Below are positions 40,534 to 49,867 of a stretch of 64,000 nucleotides of DNA, one piece after another; the stretch's first letter is position 1, and every line of letters starts with the position of its first letter. Under the pieces are notes generated by a model that was not told where the DNA came from, searched no databases, and saw only the letters and a list, made by a program, of their open reading frames with translations. Origin of the DNA: an uncultured Brachyspira sp. (GTDB lineage Bacteria; Spirochaetota; JAAYUW01); contig CAYVTU010000009.1 of NCBI GenBank assembly GCA_964454835.1, forward strand, positions 8,817 through 72,816, read 5' to 3'. The position numbers were made by a program, and so were the translations under genes.

Positions 40534-41060
40534 TTTTTACTCCTTTTAAATTTATTCCTATACTTCTAAATCGTAAAAATTCCATAAATAATAAGAAAAG
40601 CCACTATAATAAAATTAATAACTGTTTACAATATTTAGACTTTTTGTCATAATTTTCTTATCTGTATGAATTTTTATAAAATTTTGGGTTATATTCTAGA
40701 TTTAGTTACAATTTTTCATACAATTTTATTAAAAAATCGTTAAGATGGAATTTATTTTTATTAATTTAAGTGTTGTAAAAAAGTATACTATGTGTATAAA
40801 AATTACAATCTAAAAATAAAAACAATCTTCGAATTATAACCAATATTAACATGTATATAAAAGTATACCTTAGATTAAATTAGGGTTATGAAATTTTATA
40901 ACTTTCTTAACAGGATATATAAAATCTATTAGATGTGAATAAGAATAGGAATAGGAATAAGAATAAGATATGTTACTGAATTTGGTATAATTTGAATATA
41001 TTTAAACAAAAAATTAACTTATGAAGTTAAATTTAAAAGTAAAAGATAAAAATGGAAAAG

Positions 41061-42194
41061 TCAGCAATCTATATAATAACGCTTTACCCTTTTACTTATC
41101 CAGCAGGTTACTTCATAAGGTATTGTGGATAATTCATTTGCGACAGTTGTTGCTGTGATTTTATCGAAGTCGAAAAAAACAACCTCTGTTCCGACATCAT
41201 AAAAATCATTTTCAAGATTTATCATAGTCTGATCCATGCAAATTCTTCCAGCTATTCTATATATCTTACTATTGATTATTACATTATGCTTATTAGAAAG
41301 TTGCCTATTTAATCCATCAGCATAACCTATTGGTGCTGTAGCTACATAGCAATCTTCAGTAGCTATGAAAGTTCCTCCATATGAAATTGGAGTTCCTTTC
41401 TTAACTCTCTTAATAAAAGCAATTTCAGTTCTTAATTTCATAGAAGGGAAAATTTCAATAGATTCACTTGTTTCATTCGATGGATAATATCCATACATCA
41501 TTACTCCAGGTCTTACCATATCAAAATAGCTTTCTGGTAAGTCTAAAATAGCTCCAGAATTTGCCATATGGTATAAAGGTATCATTATCCCTTCATTTTC
41601 TATTATTTTCTTAATTTTTGAAAAAGTATCAATTTGCATTTTTGAAAAGCTTTTATCTTTTTCATCAGATTTTGGAAAATGAGTAAAAACTCCTTCTAAA
41701 GTTATGTAATCACTTGATACTGCCTTCTTTGCTATTTCAATAACTTCATCTGGAAAAGCACCAATCCTACCCATTCCTGTGTCTACTTTAATATGAATTT
41801 TGGAATTTATATTATATTTCTGGCATATTTCTATTGCTTCATGTAATGTTTGTAGCGATACAATAGTCAAAGTAAGATTATTCTTTATTGCTTTAAGAAT
41901 TTGATCTTTGAAAGTAACTCCAAATAGTAAAATTGGTAGTTTTATTCCATTTTCTCGTAGTTCAATACCTTCTTCAACCGTTGCTACCCCAAGGTAATCA
42001 GCAAGGCTTTCTTTTTCTATCATTTTCGAAATAACAATAGCTCCATGACCATAGCCATCTGCTTTAACAGCAGGACATATTTTGACTTTTTTCCCAATTT
42101 TCTTTCTAATTCCTATTAAATTTCTTCTAATTGAGTTTAAATTAATTATTGCTGCGGTTTTTCTTTCAGATTCAAATGATACTAAATTTTTCAA
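41061..42194 (-). CDS. alr: Alanine racemase
   Basis: PLP-lysine motif AVKADGYGHGA and a C-terminal beta domain, 377 aa. Confidence 0.85.
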   Translation of the reverse strand: MKNLVSFESERKTAAIINLNSIRRNLIGIRKKIGKKVKICPAVKADGYGHGAIVISKMIEKESLADYLGVATVEEGIELRENGIKLPILLFGVTFKDQILKAIKNNLTLTIVSLQTLHEAIEICQKYNINSKIHIKVDTGMGRIGAFPDEVIEIAKKAVSSDYITLEGVFTHFPKSDEKDKSFSKMQIDTFSKIKKIIENEGIMIPLYHMANSGAILDLPESYFDMVRPGVMMYGYYPSNETSESIEIFPSMKLRTEIAFIKRVKKGTPISYGGTFIATEDCYVATAPIGYADGLNRQLSNKHNVIINSKIYRIAGRICMDQTMINLENDFYDVGTEVVFFDFDKITATTVANELSTIPYEVTCWISKRVKRYYIDC

Positions 42195-42213
42195 GATTCT
42201 ACTCCTTAATCAC

Positions 42214-42840
42214 TTATTCTACAAATCTTATTTTTATTATTTTGCTTTTTAATTTACTTAAAATAAATGAAGATTTATCTTCACTTATTTCCAATATAAT
42301 TGAAATATAATTTTCATTATTTTCTTCAAAATATTCAGTTTTTTGTATTTCTATATCTTCTTTTAAACATTCATATTTTACAAATTCATAGAATAAATGT
42401 TCATTTAATATGGGTATAATAGCTTTAATGTTAATTTTTCTTTTATATGGAACTAATTCAGAATAATTTAAAGCATTTAATACTACATCTGAGTATGCTT
42501 TTTGAAGCCCTGATGTTCCCAGTTTTATTCCTCCAAAATATCTAATAACAATCACTCCTATCTGTATTAATGATTTTTGTTTTAATATATATAAGATAGG
42601 CCATCCTGCTGTTTTTGGTGGTTCTCCATCATCTGAAAAATGTTCTTTAATCTGTTTAGACTCAGTAAAAATTCTATACACTGGAATTATATGTGTTGCA
42701 TTGTAATAAATTTTTTTTAAATCTTTGTGTTTTAATTGGAAAGTATCTACATCCATACATGGAAATATGAAAGAAATAAATCTTGATTTTTGAACATTAA
42801 TTTCAGAAGATTTATCATTTTTAATTGTCATAAAATCCAT
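42214..42840 (-). CDS. yigZ: IMPACT/YigZ-family (UPF0029) protein
   Basis: Motifs KSRFISF and DDGEPPKTAGWPIL…VIRYFGGIKLGTSGL match the YigZ signature. Confidence 0.6.
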   Translation of the reverse strand: MDFMTIKNDKSSEINVQKSRFISFIFPCMDVDTFQLKHKDLKKIYYNATHIIPVYRIFTESKQIKEHFSDDGEPPKTAGWPILYILKQKSLIQIGVIVIRYFGGIKLGTSGLQKAYSDVVLNALNYSELVPYKRKINIKAIIPILNEHLFYEFVKYECLKEDIEIQKTEYFEENNENYISIILEISEDKSSFILSKLKSKIIKIRFVE

Positions 42841-43946
42841 ATTTCTTCTGCTGCTTTAATTAATCTATTCATAATTGCTAGTTCTATTCCATTATCTTTT
42901 ACTAAAGGTTTAACAAGGATATATTGTAATTTTTTATTATCTGCCTCCCTAAATTTTGAATACATATTTCTTGCTAAATTATATGAATTTTGAAAATTAT
43001 ATGAAAAAATAATACCTTCGGGAAGACTAATAGGAGTCGAATCGGTAAGAACAAGAAATTTATTATTTTGAAAAAATTGTATAGGTAATTTTGAATACTT
43101 AACAATTTTATTATTAAAAATATTATTAAAATTATATATATCATCATATTTTTCTAAATCTGAAATATCTAATAATATTATTACTTTTGCATCTGGTTTA
43201 TAATGAGTATATTTCATTCCAGGGGATTTGGGATTGTTTTCGATACCGATTTTTTTGTTATGAATAATTAAATCTGGAAAATCCTTAATCAAATCCTCTT
43301 TAGTAATAAATCCAGGTCTTAATATAATGGGAACATCAGAAGATAAATCTATGACTGTTGATTCAATGCCATATACTGAATCTCCTCCATCTATTATATA
43401 TTTAATTTTTTCTGAAAAATCATTATAAACATCTTCTGCCCTTGTCCCAGATGGTTTACCTGATATGTTTGCAGAAGGAGCTGCTATTGGAAATCCAGAT
43501 AATTTAATCAATATCTGTGTAATTTTGTTATCTGGAAATCTTATAGCAACGGTAGATAAATTTCCTCTAGTAACTTCTGGAATAAGCTCTTTATTGGCAG
43601 GAAAAATAAATGAAATTGGACCAGGCCAGTATTTAATCGCCTTTTGGAGTCTATCTAAAATTTTCTTATAATTCTCATTTTTTCTAATATCAATAAGTTT
43701 TTCGACATCTGAAATAGATGAGATGTGGACAATGAGAGGGTTATCTGATGGCCTTCCTTTTATTTCAAATATTTTTCTTACTGCAATTTCATTCAAAGCA
43801 TTTGCACCAAGACCATATACAGTTTCAGTTGGAAAAGCAACAACATTTCCTTCTTGTAACTCATTAATAGCTTTTTCAATTAGCTTGTGAATTTCAGCTT
43901 CGTTTAATGTTAAATAATTCCTTAAATTAATAATTTGAGTTTTCAT
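42828..43946 (-). CDS. tsaC: L-threonylcarbamoyladenylate synthase (Sua5/TsaC, YrdC domain + Sua5 C-terminal domain)
   Basis: VVAFPTETVYGLGANAL is the YrdC motif. The 372-aa length indicates the long Sua5 form. Confidence 0.8.
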   Translation of the reverse strand: MKTQIINLRNYLTLNEAEIHKLIEKAINELQEGNVVAFPTETVYGLGANALNEIAVRKIFEIKGRPSDNPLIVHISSISDVEKLIDIRKNENYKKILDRLQKAIKYWPGPISFIFPANKELIPEVTRGNLSTVAIRFPDNKITQILIKLSGFPIAAPSANISGKPSGTRAEDVYNDFSEKIKYIIDGGDSVYGIESTVIDLSSDVPIILRPGFITKEDLIKDFPDLIIHNKKIGIENNPKSPGMKYTHYKPDAKVIILLDISDLEKYDDIYNFNNIFNNKIVKYSKLPIQFFQNNKFLVLTDSTPISLPEGIIFSYNFQNSYNLARNMYSKFREADNKKLQYILVKPLVKDNGIELAIMNRLIKAAEEIWIL

Positions 43947-44015
43947 TTATAATTTTATTTATAAAGTTTATTTATAAGGTCAGTTTATAAAAATTTAAAT
44001 CACTTTAATTAATTG

Positions 44016-44678
44016 TTATAAGTTATACATAAGTATAACTTTATTTAATTTACCTATATGAAAAAGTGCAATTGCCTTTTCATAGCTCTTTTCAGATTCT
44101 TTTGAAAAAAATTTTAAATAAGATGGATATCTTTGCCTTAAATCTATAAATCTTTCTTTAATTGATACAATTTTAGTATGAAGAACAAGTTTATCTGCAA
44201 GATTAATTATAAATGGTATAAGAGGCAGTTTTAAATTTATAAATGAGTTTATTAGATGATACTTGCAGCTAAATGCTTCTAAAAATCTATTTTCTTGAAT
44301 AAGTATCTGATATCCAATTTCTGAATGTGATAATTTTTTAATATTTTCAATTTCAAAAATTTTCCCAATATCATGAAGTAATGCAGCATCAATTATAAGA
44401 GTAATAATTTTTTCGAAGTTATTACTCTTGAGATAATTATTCAATATTCTATAATAATAATTTGTTTTACTTTTTTTAATATTTAAAATCAAATATACTG
44501 CTATAATAGCTACAATTTTACAATGCTCCTGAATATTTAAATACATTTTATATTTATCCCATATTGATTTGACTTTTTCTAATTCAGAATAAAAAATATC
44601 TACTATAAATTTAGAATTTTTATTTTTAGAAAACAATATCTTTATTAAATCATCTATTTCAATAACGAAGTTATCCAT
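44016..44678 (-). CDS. HD-domain phosphohydrolase
   Basis: An H…HD motif (AALLHDIGK) in an all-helical 220-aa protein. It overlaps the upstream TraB gene. Confidence 0.6.
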   Translation of the reverse strand: MDNFVIEIDDLIKILFSKNKNSKFIVDIFYSELEKVKSIWDKYKMYLNIQEHCKIVAIIAVYLILNIKKSKTNYYYRILNNYLKSNNFEKIITLIIDAALLHDIGKIFEIENIKKLSHSEIGYQILIQENRFLEAFSCKYHLINSFINLKLPLIPFIINLADKLVLHTKIVSIKERFIDLRQRYPSYLKFFSKESEKSYEKAIALFHIGKLNKVILMYNL

Positions 44679-45820
44679 GGTATACCTATAAATGTCCCTA
44701 TTGAAGCACCTATTGAAGTAGCAAAAAAAACTACCAGAGCGTGTAAGATTCTATTTTTAAAATATCCTTTAAACTTAGAAACATCTTCTGTCAGATTTTC
44801 AAAATCTATTACTCGGGGTTTTTTAAGTGTTGCTTCAATTAAAGATAAAAACATACCTGCACCAATTGTAGGGTTTAGTGTTGTTATTGGAGCTACAATC
44901 CATGATGATAATATAGTTAATGGATGAGATAATACAAGAATAGATGAAATACAACAACTAAGTCCAGAGATAATTACCCAATATTTTAGCATAGAAAAAA
45001 CAACTTTTGGACCTTTTATGAAAAAACCAGAAGCAAATAACCCAATAATAATGAGTGTAATAATCCAGCTAATTAAATTAGCCTTATTTTTTTTAACCGG
45101 AATTTGTTCAATATCCTTGTTATAGTTAAAATTAGATTCAATTTTTTTTGCAATACCATCCATATGCCCTTTACCAATAGCTGCTACTATGACTTTACCA
45201 TCAGAAGTTAACAGTTTATTGGCTATATACTCATCTCTTTCATCTATGAAAACTTTTTTTACATCAGGTAATTCTTTAGCAAATTCATTCATCATGGTAG
45301 TAAGAAGGTCTCCATCCTGCAAAAGATTTTGAACCTCAGAATCACTTACTTTTTCTTTTGTAAATATAGAATCAAGAAGTAATTCCAATATTTTTATTTT
45401 ATCTTTAAATTTTGAAAGAGCCCATGCTCTTTTTAAGGTTATGTTAACATCTCTATCTGCAAGAATTAAGTCTATATTTTTCTCTTTAGCTATATTAACT
45501 GCTTCTATCATTTCTGCACCAGGTGAACTTCCCAAATCCAGACCAATCCTCTTCTGGAAAGAAGATAATATCATAGTAGCTAATAATAGAAAACCTTTAC
45601 CTTCTTTAATTACTTTTATTATGTCAAGATTCTCCCATCTATTTTTATCCTGTAAAGAAGAATATCTAGATTCACATAATTCGACAGCGACTCTATCTGG
45701 TTTGAACTCTTCTATAGCTTCTTTAACATTTTCAATGCTTTCTTTTGAAACATGAGCTGTACCAACTAGTATTATTTTTTTGTCTTTAATTTCAATGACT
45801 TTTCTGGGATATTCATTCAT
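44654..45820 (-). CDS. TraB/GumN-family protein
   Basis: N-terminal ILVGTAHVSKESIENVKEAIEEFKPDRVAVELCESR is the TraB/PrgY signature. C-terminal TM helices follow. Confidence 0.7.
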   Translation of the reverse strand: MNEYPRKVIEIKDKKIILVGTAHVSKESIENVKEAIEEFKPDRVAVELCESRYSSLQDKNRWENLDIIKVIKEGKGFLLLATMILSSFQKRIGLDLGSSPGAEMIEAVNIAKEKNIDLILADRDVNITLKRAWALSKFKDKIKILELLLDSIFTKEKVSDSEVQNLLQDGDLLTTMMNEFAKELPDVKKVFIDERDEYIANKLLTSDGKVIVAAIGKGHMDGIAKKIESNFNYNKDIEQIPVKKNKANLISWIITLIIIGLFASGFFIKGPKVVFSMLKYWVIISGLSCCISSILVLSHPLTILSSWIVAPITTLNPTIGAGMFLSLIEATLKKPRVIDFENLTEDVSKFKGYFKNRILHALVVFFATSIGASIGTFIGIPWITSLLK

Positions 45821-45896
45821 TTTAGTTTTCCTTATTTTGTTTTAGTTATTTACATTAGATATTTATTAAATAATTATTAATTAAATTGATTTTATT

Positions 45897-47033
45897 TTAA
45901 TAAATTTCATCTTTGGGTTGTTTATAATTTAACAAAAAAGTATTTTTAAATTCTTCAAAATTATCTTCCATTATAGAATTTCTTATATCATCCATAAGTT
46001 TTTTTAAAAATGAAAGGTTATGAAGTGAAATCAAAGTCATTGCTGTTATTTCTTTTGCTCTGAAAAGATGCCTGATATAAGATTTTGAAAAATTCTTACA
46101 AGCATAACAGTTGCAATCTGAATCTAATGGTTCATCAGAAAACTTATAGTTAAGATTTTTTATGCTTTTCATTCCATATTTTGTGAAAAAAGAACCATTT
46201 CTTCCTGCTCTTGTAGGAAATATACAATCAAACATATCAATTCCACGAGCTACACCTTCCAGCAAATCTTCTGGTTTCCCTACTCCCATAAGGTATCTTG
46301 GCTTATTTTGGGGTAATATTTCATTTACAATTTCAATCATATCAAGCATAGTATCTTTATCTTCTCCAACTGAAAGACCTCCTATAGAATAACCAGGAAG
46401 ATCAAACTCAGAAGTCACAGATGCAGATATTTTTCTTAAATCCTCAAATTTGTTACCTTGAACAATTCCAAAAAGCAAGTTTTTTTCGATCGAGTTTCCT
46501 TCTTCCCATCTTTTTTTTGCTCTATTAAGCCAGGAAATTGTTCTTTTCATGGCTTTTTCAGCAATAGAGTACTCAATAGGTATAGGTGTACATTCATCGA
46601 GTGGCATTAAAATATCTGAACCAAGTTTTAATTGAAAATCTACCACACTTTCAGGAGAAAAAAAATGTTTAGATCCATCGACAATAGAAGAAAATATAAC
46701 TCCATCATCAGTTAATTTTCTAAACTCTGAAAGAGAAAAAACCTGAAAACCACCCGAATCTGTGAGAATATTTTTATTCCAATTTATAAATTTGTGTAAG
46801 CCATTAAAATGGTCAATAATCTCTACCCCTGGTCTTAAATAAAGGTGATAAGTATTCCCCAGAACAAGGTTAAATCCAATAGCATCTATTTGCTGCCAGG
46901 TGCATGCTTTTATGGTACCTGTTGTTCCAACAGGCATAAATACAGGAGTAAGAGTACTACCATGTCCTAAATTTAATATACCTGCCCTTGCTGAGCTTTT
47001 TTTAGATGTTTTGATTAATTCAAAATGCTTCAA
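45897..47033 (-). CDS. tgt: Queuine tRNA-ribosyltransferase
   Basis: TGT family motifs (…TPVFMPVGT…, DSGGFQ) and a C-terminal zinc site CxCxxC…H (CNCYAC…H). Confidence 0.85.
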   Translation of the reverse strand: MKHFELIKTSKKSSARAGILNLGHGSTLTPVFMPVGTTGTIKACTWQQIDAIGFNLVLGNTYHLYLRPGVEIIDHFNGLHKFINWNKNILTDSGGFQVFSLSEFRKLTDDGVIFSSIVDGSKHFFSPESVVDFQLKLGSDILMPLDECTPIPIEYSIAEKAMKRTISWLNRAKKRWEEGNSIEKNLLFGIVQGNKFEDLRKISASVTSEFDLPGYSIGGLSVGEDKDTMLDMIEIVNEILPQNKPRYLMGVGKPEDLLEGVARGIDMFDCIFPTRAGRNGSFFTKYGMKSIKNLNYKFSDEPLDSDCNCYACKNFSKSYIRHLFRAKEITAMTLISLHNLSFLKKLMDDIRNSIMEDNFEEFKNTFLLNYKQPKDEIY

Positions 47034-47058
47034 GTTAAAAACTCCAGAAATATTTTAA

Positions 47059-47577
47059 TCAATATTGGTCAAAAGGAAGATAATTCATACTGAATTTTTC
47101 ATATTTAGGTTTAGCAAATTTGACTCTTTTTATTATCATAAATTTCTTTTCACTTTTAATTTCTTTTATTTCTCCAAAAGTACCTGCACCAAGATACATA
47201 ATTTTATTTTTTGGATCAGCATTTAAAAGAATTTTAGCTTCGATTAAGGCACAATCAAAACAATAATCTTCCTTTTTTTCTTCATTATGGAAAGAGCTTA
47301 GTTCATCAGTAATCTGCCTATTGCATTTAGAGCATTTTTTTATTGGAAGAATTGTTTTTTCTTCATTGTTGTTATGATGCAGTTTATTCTGGTGTTTATT
47401 ATAATAAATAAATCTGTTTTTACTTTGTTTTCTTTTATAATCAATATTATGTTTAATAGGTTTTATTGGCTTAACATCATTAATTATGATGTTTTCATTA
47501 TAAGAATCTATATTTTTTGAGTTATCCTGTTTTGGAATATATTTATAGACTTTATCGCTATTTAACCTTTTCATCAT
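47059..47577 (-). CDS. Hypothetical basic protein with CxxC…CxxC zinc ribbon
   Basis: KCSKCNRQ…YCFDCAL; no recognised family. Confidence 0.3.
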   Translation of the reverse strand: MMKRLNSDKVYKYIPKQDNSKNIDSYNENIIINDVKPIKPIKHNIDYKRKQSKNRFIYYNKHQNKLHHNNNEEKTILPIKKCSKCNRQITDELSSFHNEEKKEDYCFDCALIEAKILLNADPKNKIMYLGAGTFGEIKEIKSEKKFMIIKRVKFAKPKYEKFSMNYLPFDQY

Positions 47578-47598
47578 TGATTCCTTATTATATTTATT

Positions 47599-49041
47599 TT
47601 AATTAATATTTTTCTTTATCATTTCTATTTTTTCTTTTAATAATTCTTTTACTTTATCTATCTGCCCCGTACCTTTTAATTCTTTCATTACCTGCCCTAC
47701 AAGAAACATAAAAACAGATTCTTTTCCTTCCAGATACTTTTTCAAAGCATCATCTTTCTGTTCATTTAATATTTTTTCTATTGCATTTAATATATTATTT
47801 TTATCACTAGTTATTTTATAGTTTTCAAGAAATTCATTTACATGTATTTTTTGTTCTAAAATTTCTGTGATTTTTTCTTTAAAAGCTTTTTCTGAAACAA
47901 CATTTTCTGTTATTAATTTAATTATTTTTCCCAGTTCTTCTGGTTTTAGGTTTATATCATTTATTGTTAATTGCTTTTGATTTAAATAACCAAAAATTTC
48001 TGTAACAATAATATTAGCCGTTTTTAAAAAATTACCGGAATATTTGACTGTTTCTTCATAGTAATTGGCTATATCTTTATCTGATGTAAGAAGGTCTGCA
48101 AGATATAAACTTAGATTATATTCTTTAATAAATCTTGTTAAAATTTCTTCAGCTCTTTCACCAATATTCTGTTTAATCTTGGTAATTTCATCATCTGAAA
48201 TCTCAATATCAGGAATATCGGGCTCTTTAAAATATCTATAATCTGCTGCTAATTCCTTAGTTCTCATAGTTTCAGTTTTATTTGTTTCAGTATTAAATAA
48301 TCTTGTTTCTGTTATAATATTTTCTTTTTTATCGAGAAGTTCAGTTTGCCTTATAATTTCATATTCTATTGATTTTTTTATTGCATTGAATGAATTTAAA
48401 TTTTTAATCTCGACTTTATGCGATAAAGGAGAATCAATTTTATTTACAGATACATTTATATCACATCTCATTGAACCAGATTCTAATGAACAATCCGAAA
48501 TACCTAAGAATTCCAATGTTCTTTTTAACATTTTAAGATAACTTATTGCTTCATATGAATTTTCTATTTGTGGTTTTGAGACTATTTCTACAAGAGGAAC
48601 CCCTGCTCTATTATAATCTATTAATGTGACTTTATTGATAAAATCATGAAGCATCTTTGCTGTATCCTCTTCCATGTGAATTCTTTCAATTCCTATTTTT
48701 TTCTCTAAACCTTTTTCATCATATATTGTTAGATATCCATCATATCCTATTGGGGTTTGATATTGAGTTATCTGGTAACCTTTAGGCAAATCGGGATAAA
48801 AATAATTTTTCCTATCAAAATGAAACACTTGATTTAGCTTGCAATGTAAAGCCAGTGCAGCTAGGGCAGATTTATAGACCATTTCTTTATTTAATGAAGG
48901 TAAAGTTCCTGGTTCTCCAATGCATATTGGACAAATTTGAGTATTTGGTTCAATAGAAAATGAGTTCGGGCAACTGCAAAAAGCTTTTGTCTTTGTTTTT
49001 AATTGAATATGAACTTCTATACCTATTACAGTGCGATACAT
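47599..49041 (-). CDS. gatB: Asp-tRNA(Asn)/Glu-tRNA(Gln) amidotransferase subunit B
   Basis: N-terminus MYRTVIGIEVHIQLKTKTKAFC with the GatB metal site, and a C-terminal GatB_Yqey domain, 480 aa. Confidence 0.9.
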   Translation of the reverse strand: MYRTVIGIEVHIQLKTKTKAFCSCPNSFSIEPNTQICPICIGEPGTLPSLNKEMVYKSALAALALHCKLNQVFHFDRKNYFYPDLPKGYQITQYQTPIGYDGYLTIYDEKGLEKKIGIERIHMEEDTAKMLHDFINKVTLIDYNRAGVPLVEIVSKPQIENSYEAISYLKMLKRTLEFLGISDCSLESGSMRCDINVSVNKIDSPLSHKVEIKNLNSFNAIKKSIEYEIIRQTELLDKKENIITETRLFNTETNKTETMRTKELAADYRYFKEPDIPDIEISDDEITKIKQNIGERAEEILTRFIKEYNLSLYLADLLTSDKDIANYYEETVKYSGNFLKTANIIVTEIFGYLNQKQLTINDINLKPEELGKIIKLITENVVSEKAFKEKITEILEQKIHVNEFLENYKITSDKNNILNAIEKILNEQKDDALKKYLEGKESVFMFLVGQVMKELKGTGQIDKVKELLKEKIEMIKKNIN

Positions 49042-49060
49042 TTAATTTCCTTATTTTTAT

Positions 49061-49867
49061 TTATGAATTAATTCTTTTAAAGTTATTTCTTGAAAAATCT
49101 AATAATTCTTCTTTTGTCCTATATCCATTCTTGTAAAATAAAGCAAATAATGCAATTTCTGCTTTAAGTGTATCTGCAACTATTTCTTTGATATTTTCAA
49201 TTTTATTTTTATCAATATACATAAATTTCGTATTAATAAAATTATATTCTTCCTTAATATTGTTTATAAGATGATAGGCAGAATTTGGAGTTATTTTACC
49301 TCCAATAGATATCTTTGAACCTGGTAGATTTGATTTTATAAAATTAATAATATTTTTTATTGTATTATCAACTTCAACCGAATTTATATCAACCTTCATA
49401 GAACCAGAAAGATCAGTTCTTCCTATTGTGAATGACTTAAAATAAATGAGTAAGTCTTTTACAGAGGTTAAATTATTTACTATAGTGATTGTTTCTATAT
49501 TCATAGCAAGAAGAGGATCATAATCATTATCTTTATTTTTTAATATATTTTCAAGAAAATTTTCAATAGCATATCTTGATTCGGCCATTGGAAGGGTAAT
49601 AACATCTACTTTATTTTTTAATGCTATTCTTATATCATTTTTAGCACCACTTCCACCAATTTTGAATCTCAACTTTTTATTGAAATGATTTTTTACATAT
49701 TCCAATTCTTCAAAAGAATTATCTTCAACCTCAGAACCTAGTTTTATTGAATCACACCAGGGTTTTGTTATTATTTCTTGAAAAAACTCAAATATTTCTT
49801 CTTGATGAATAACATTAGAAATTATTTTTTCAATTTCGTCTATTGTTTCAAATTTACAATGGTGCAT
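49061..49867 (-). CDS. HpcH/HpaI aldolase/citrate-lyase-beta-like family protein (tentative)
   Basis: ITLPMAES and NIETI resemble the (I/M)LPKVES and IETA motifs of HpcH/CitE. It overlaps the mutS2 stop by 28 nt. Assignment is weak. Confidence 0.4.
   Translation of the reverse strand: MHHCKFETIDEIEKIISNVIHQEEIFEFFQEIITKPWCDSIKLGSEVEDNSFEELEYVKNHFNKKLRFKIGGSGAKNDIRIALKNKVDVITLPMAESRYAIENFLENILKNKDNDYDPLLAMNIETITIVNNLTSVKDLLIYFKSFTIGRTDLSGSMKVDINSVEVDNTIKNIINFIKSNLPGSKISIGGKITPNSAYHLINNIKEEYNFINTKFMYIDKNKIENIKEIVADTLKAEIALFALFYKNGYRTKEELLDFSRNNFKRINS

Noticed and set aside
40470-40652. 60-aa + strand ORF at the LysM gene start
   Set aside because: It overlaps the 5' end of the minus-strand LysM gene and the promoter region. 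It has no RBS or motif and is likely spurious.
40941-40966. GAATAGGAATAGGAATAAGAATAAG short tandem repeat
   Set aside because: It is too short and irregular for a CRISPR array or a structured repeat element. It is treated as a simple microsatellite.
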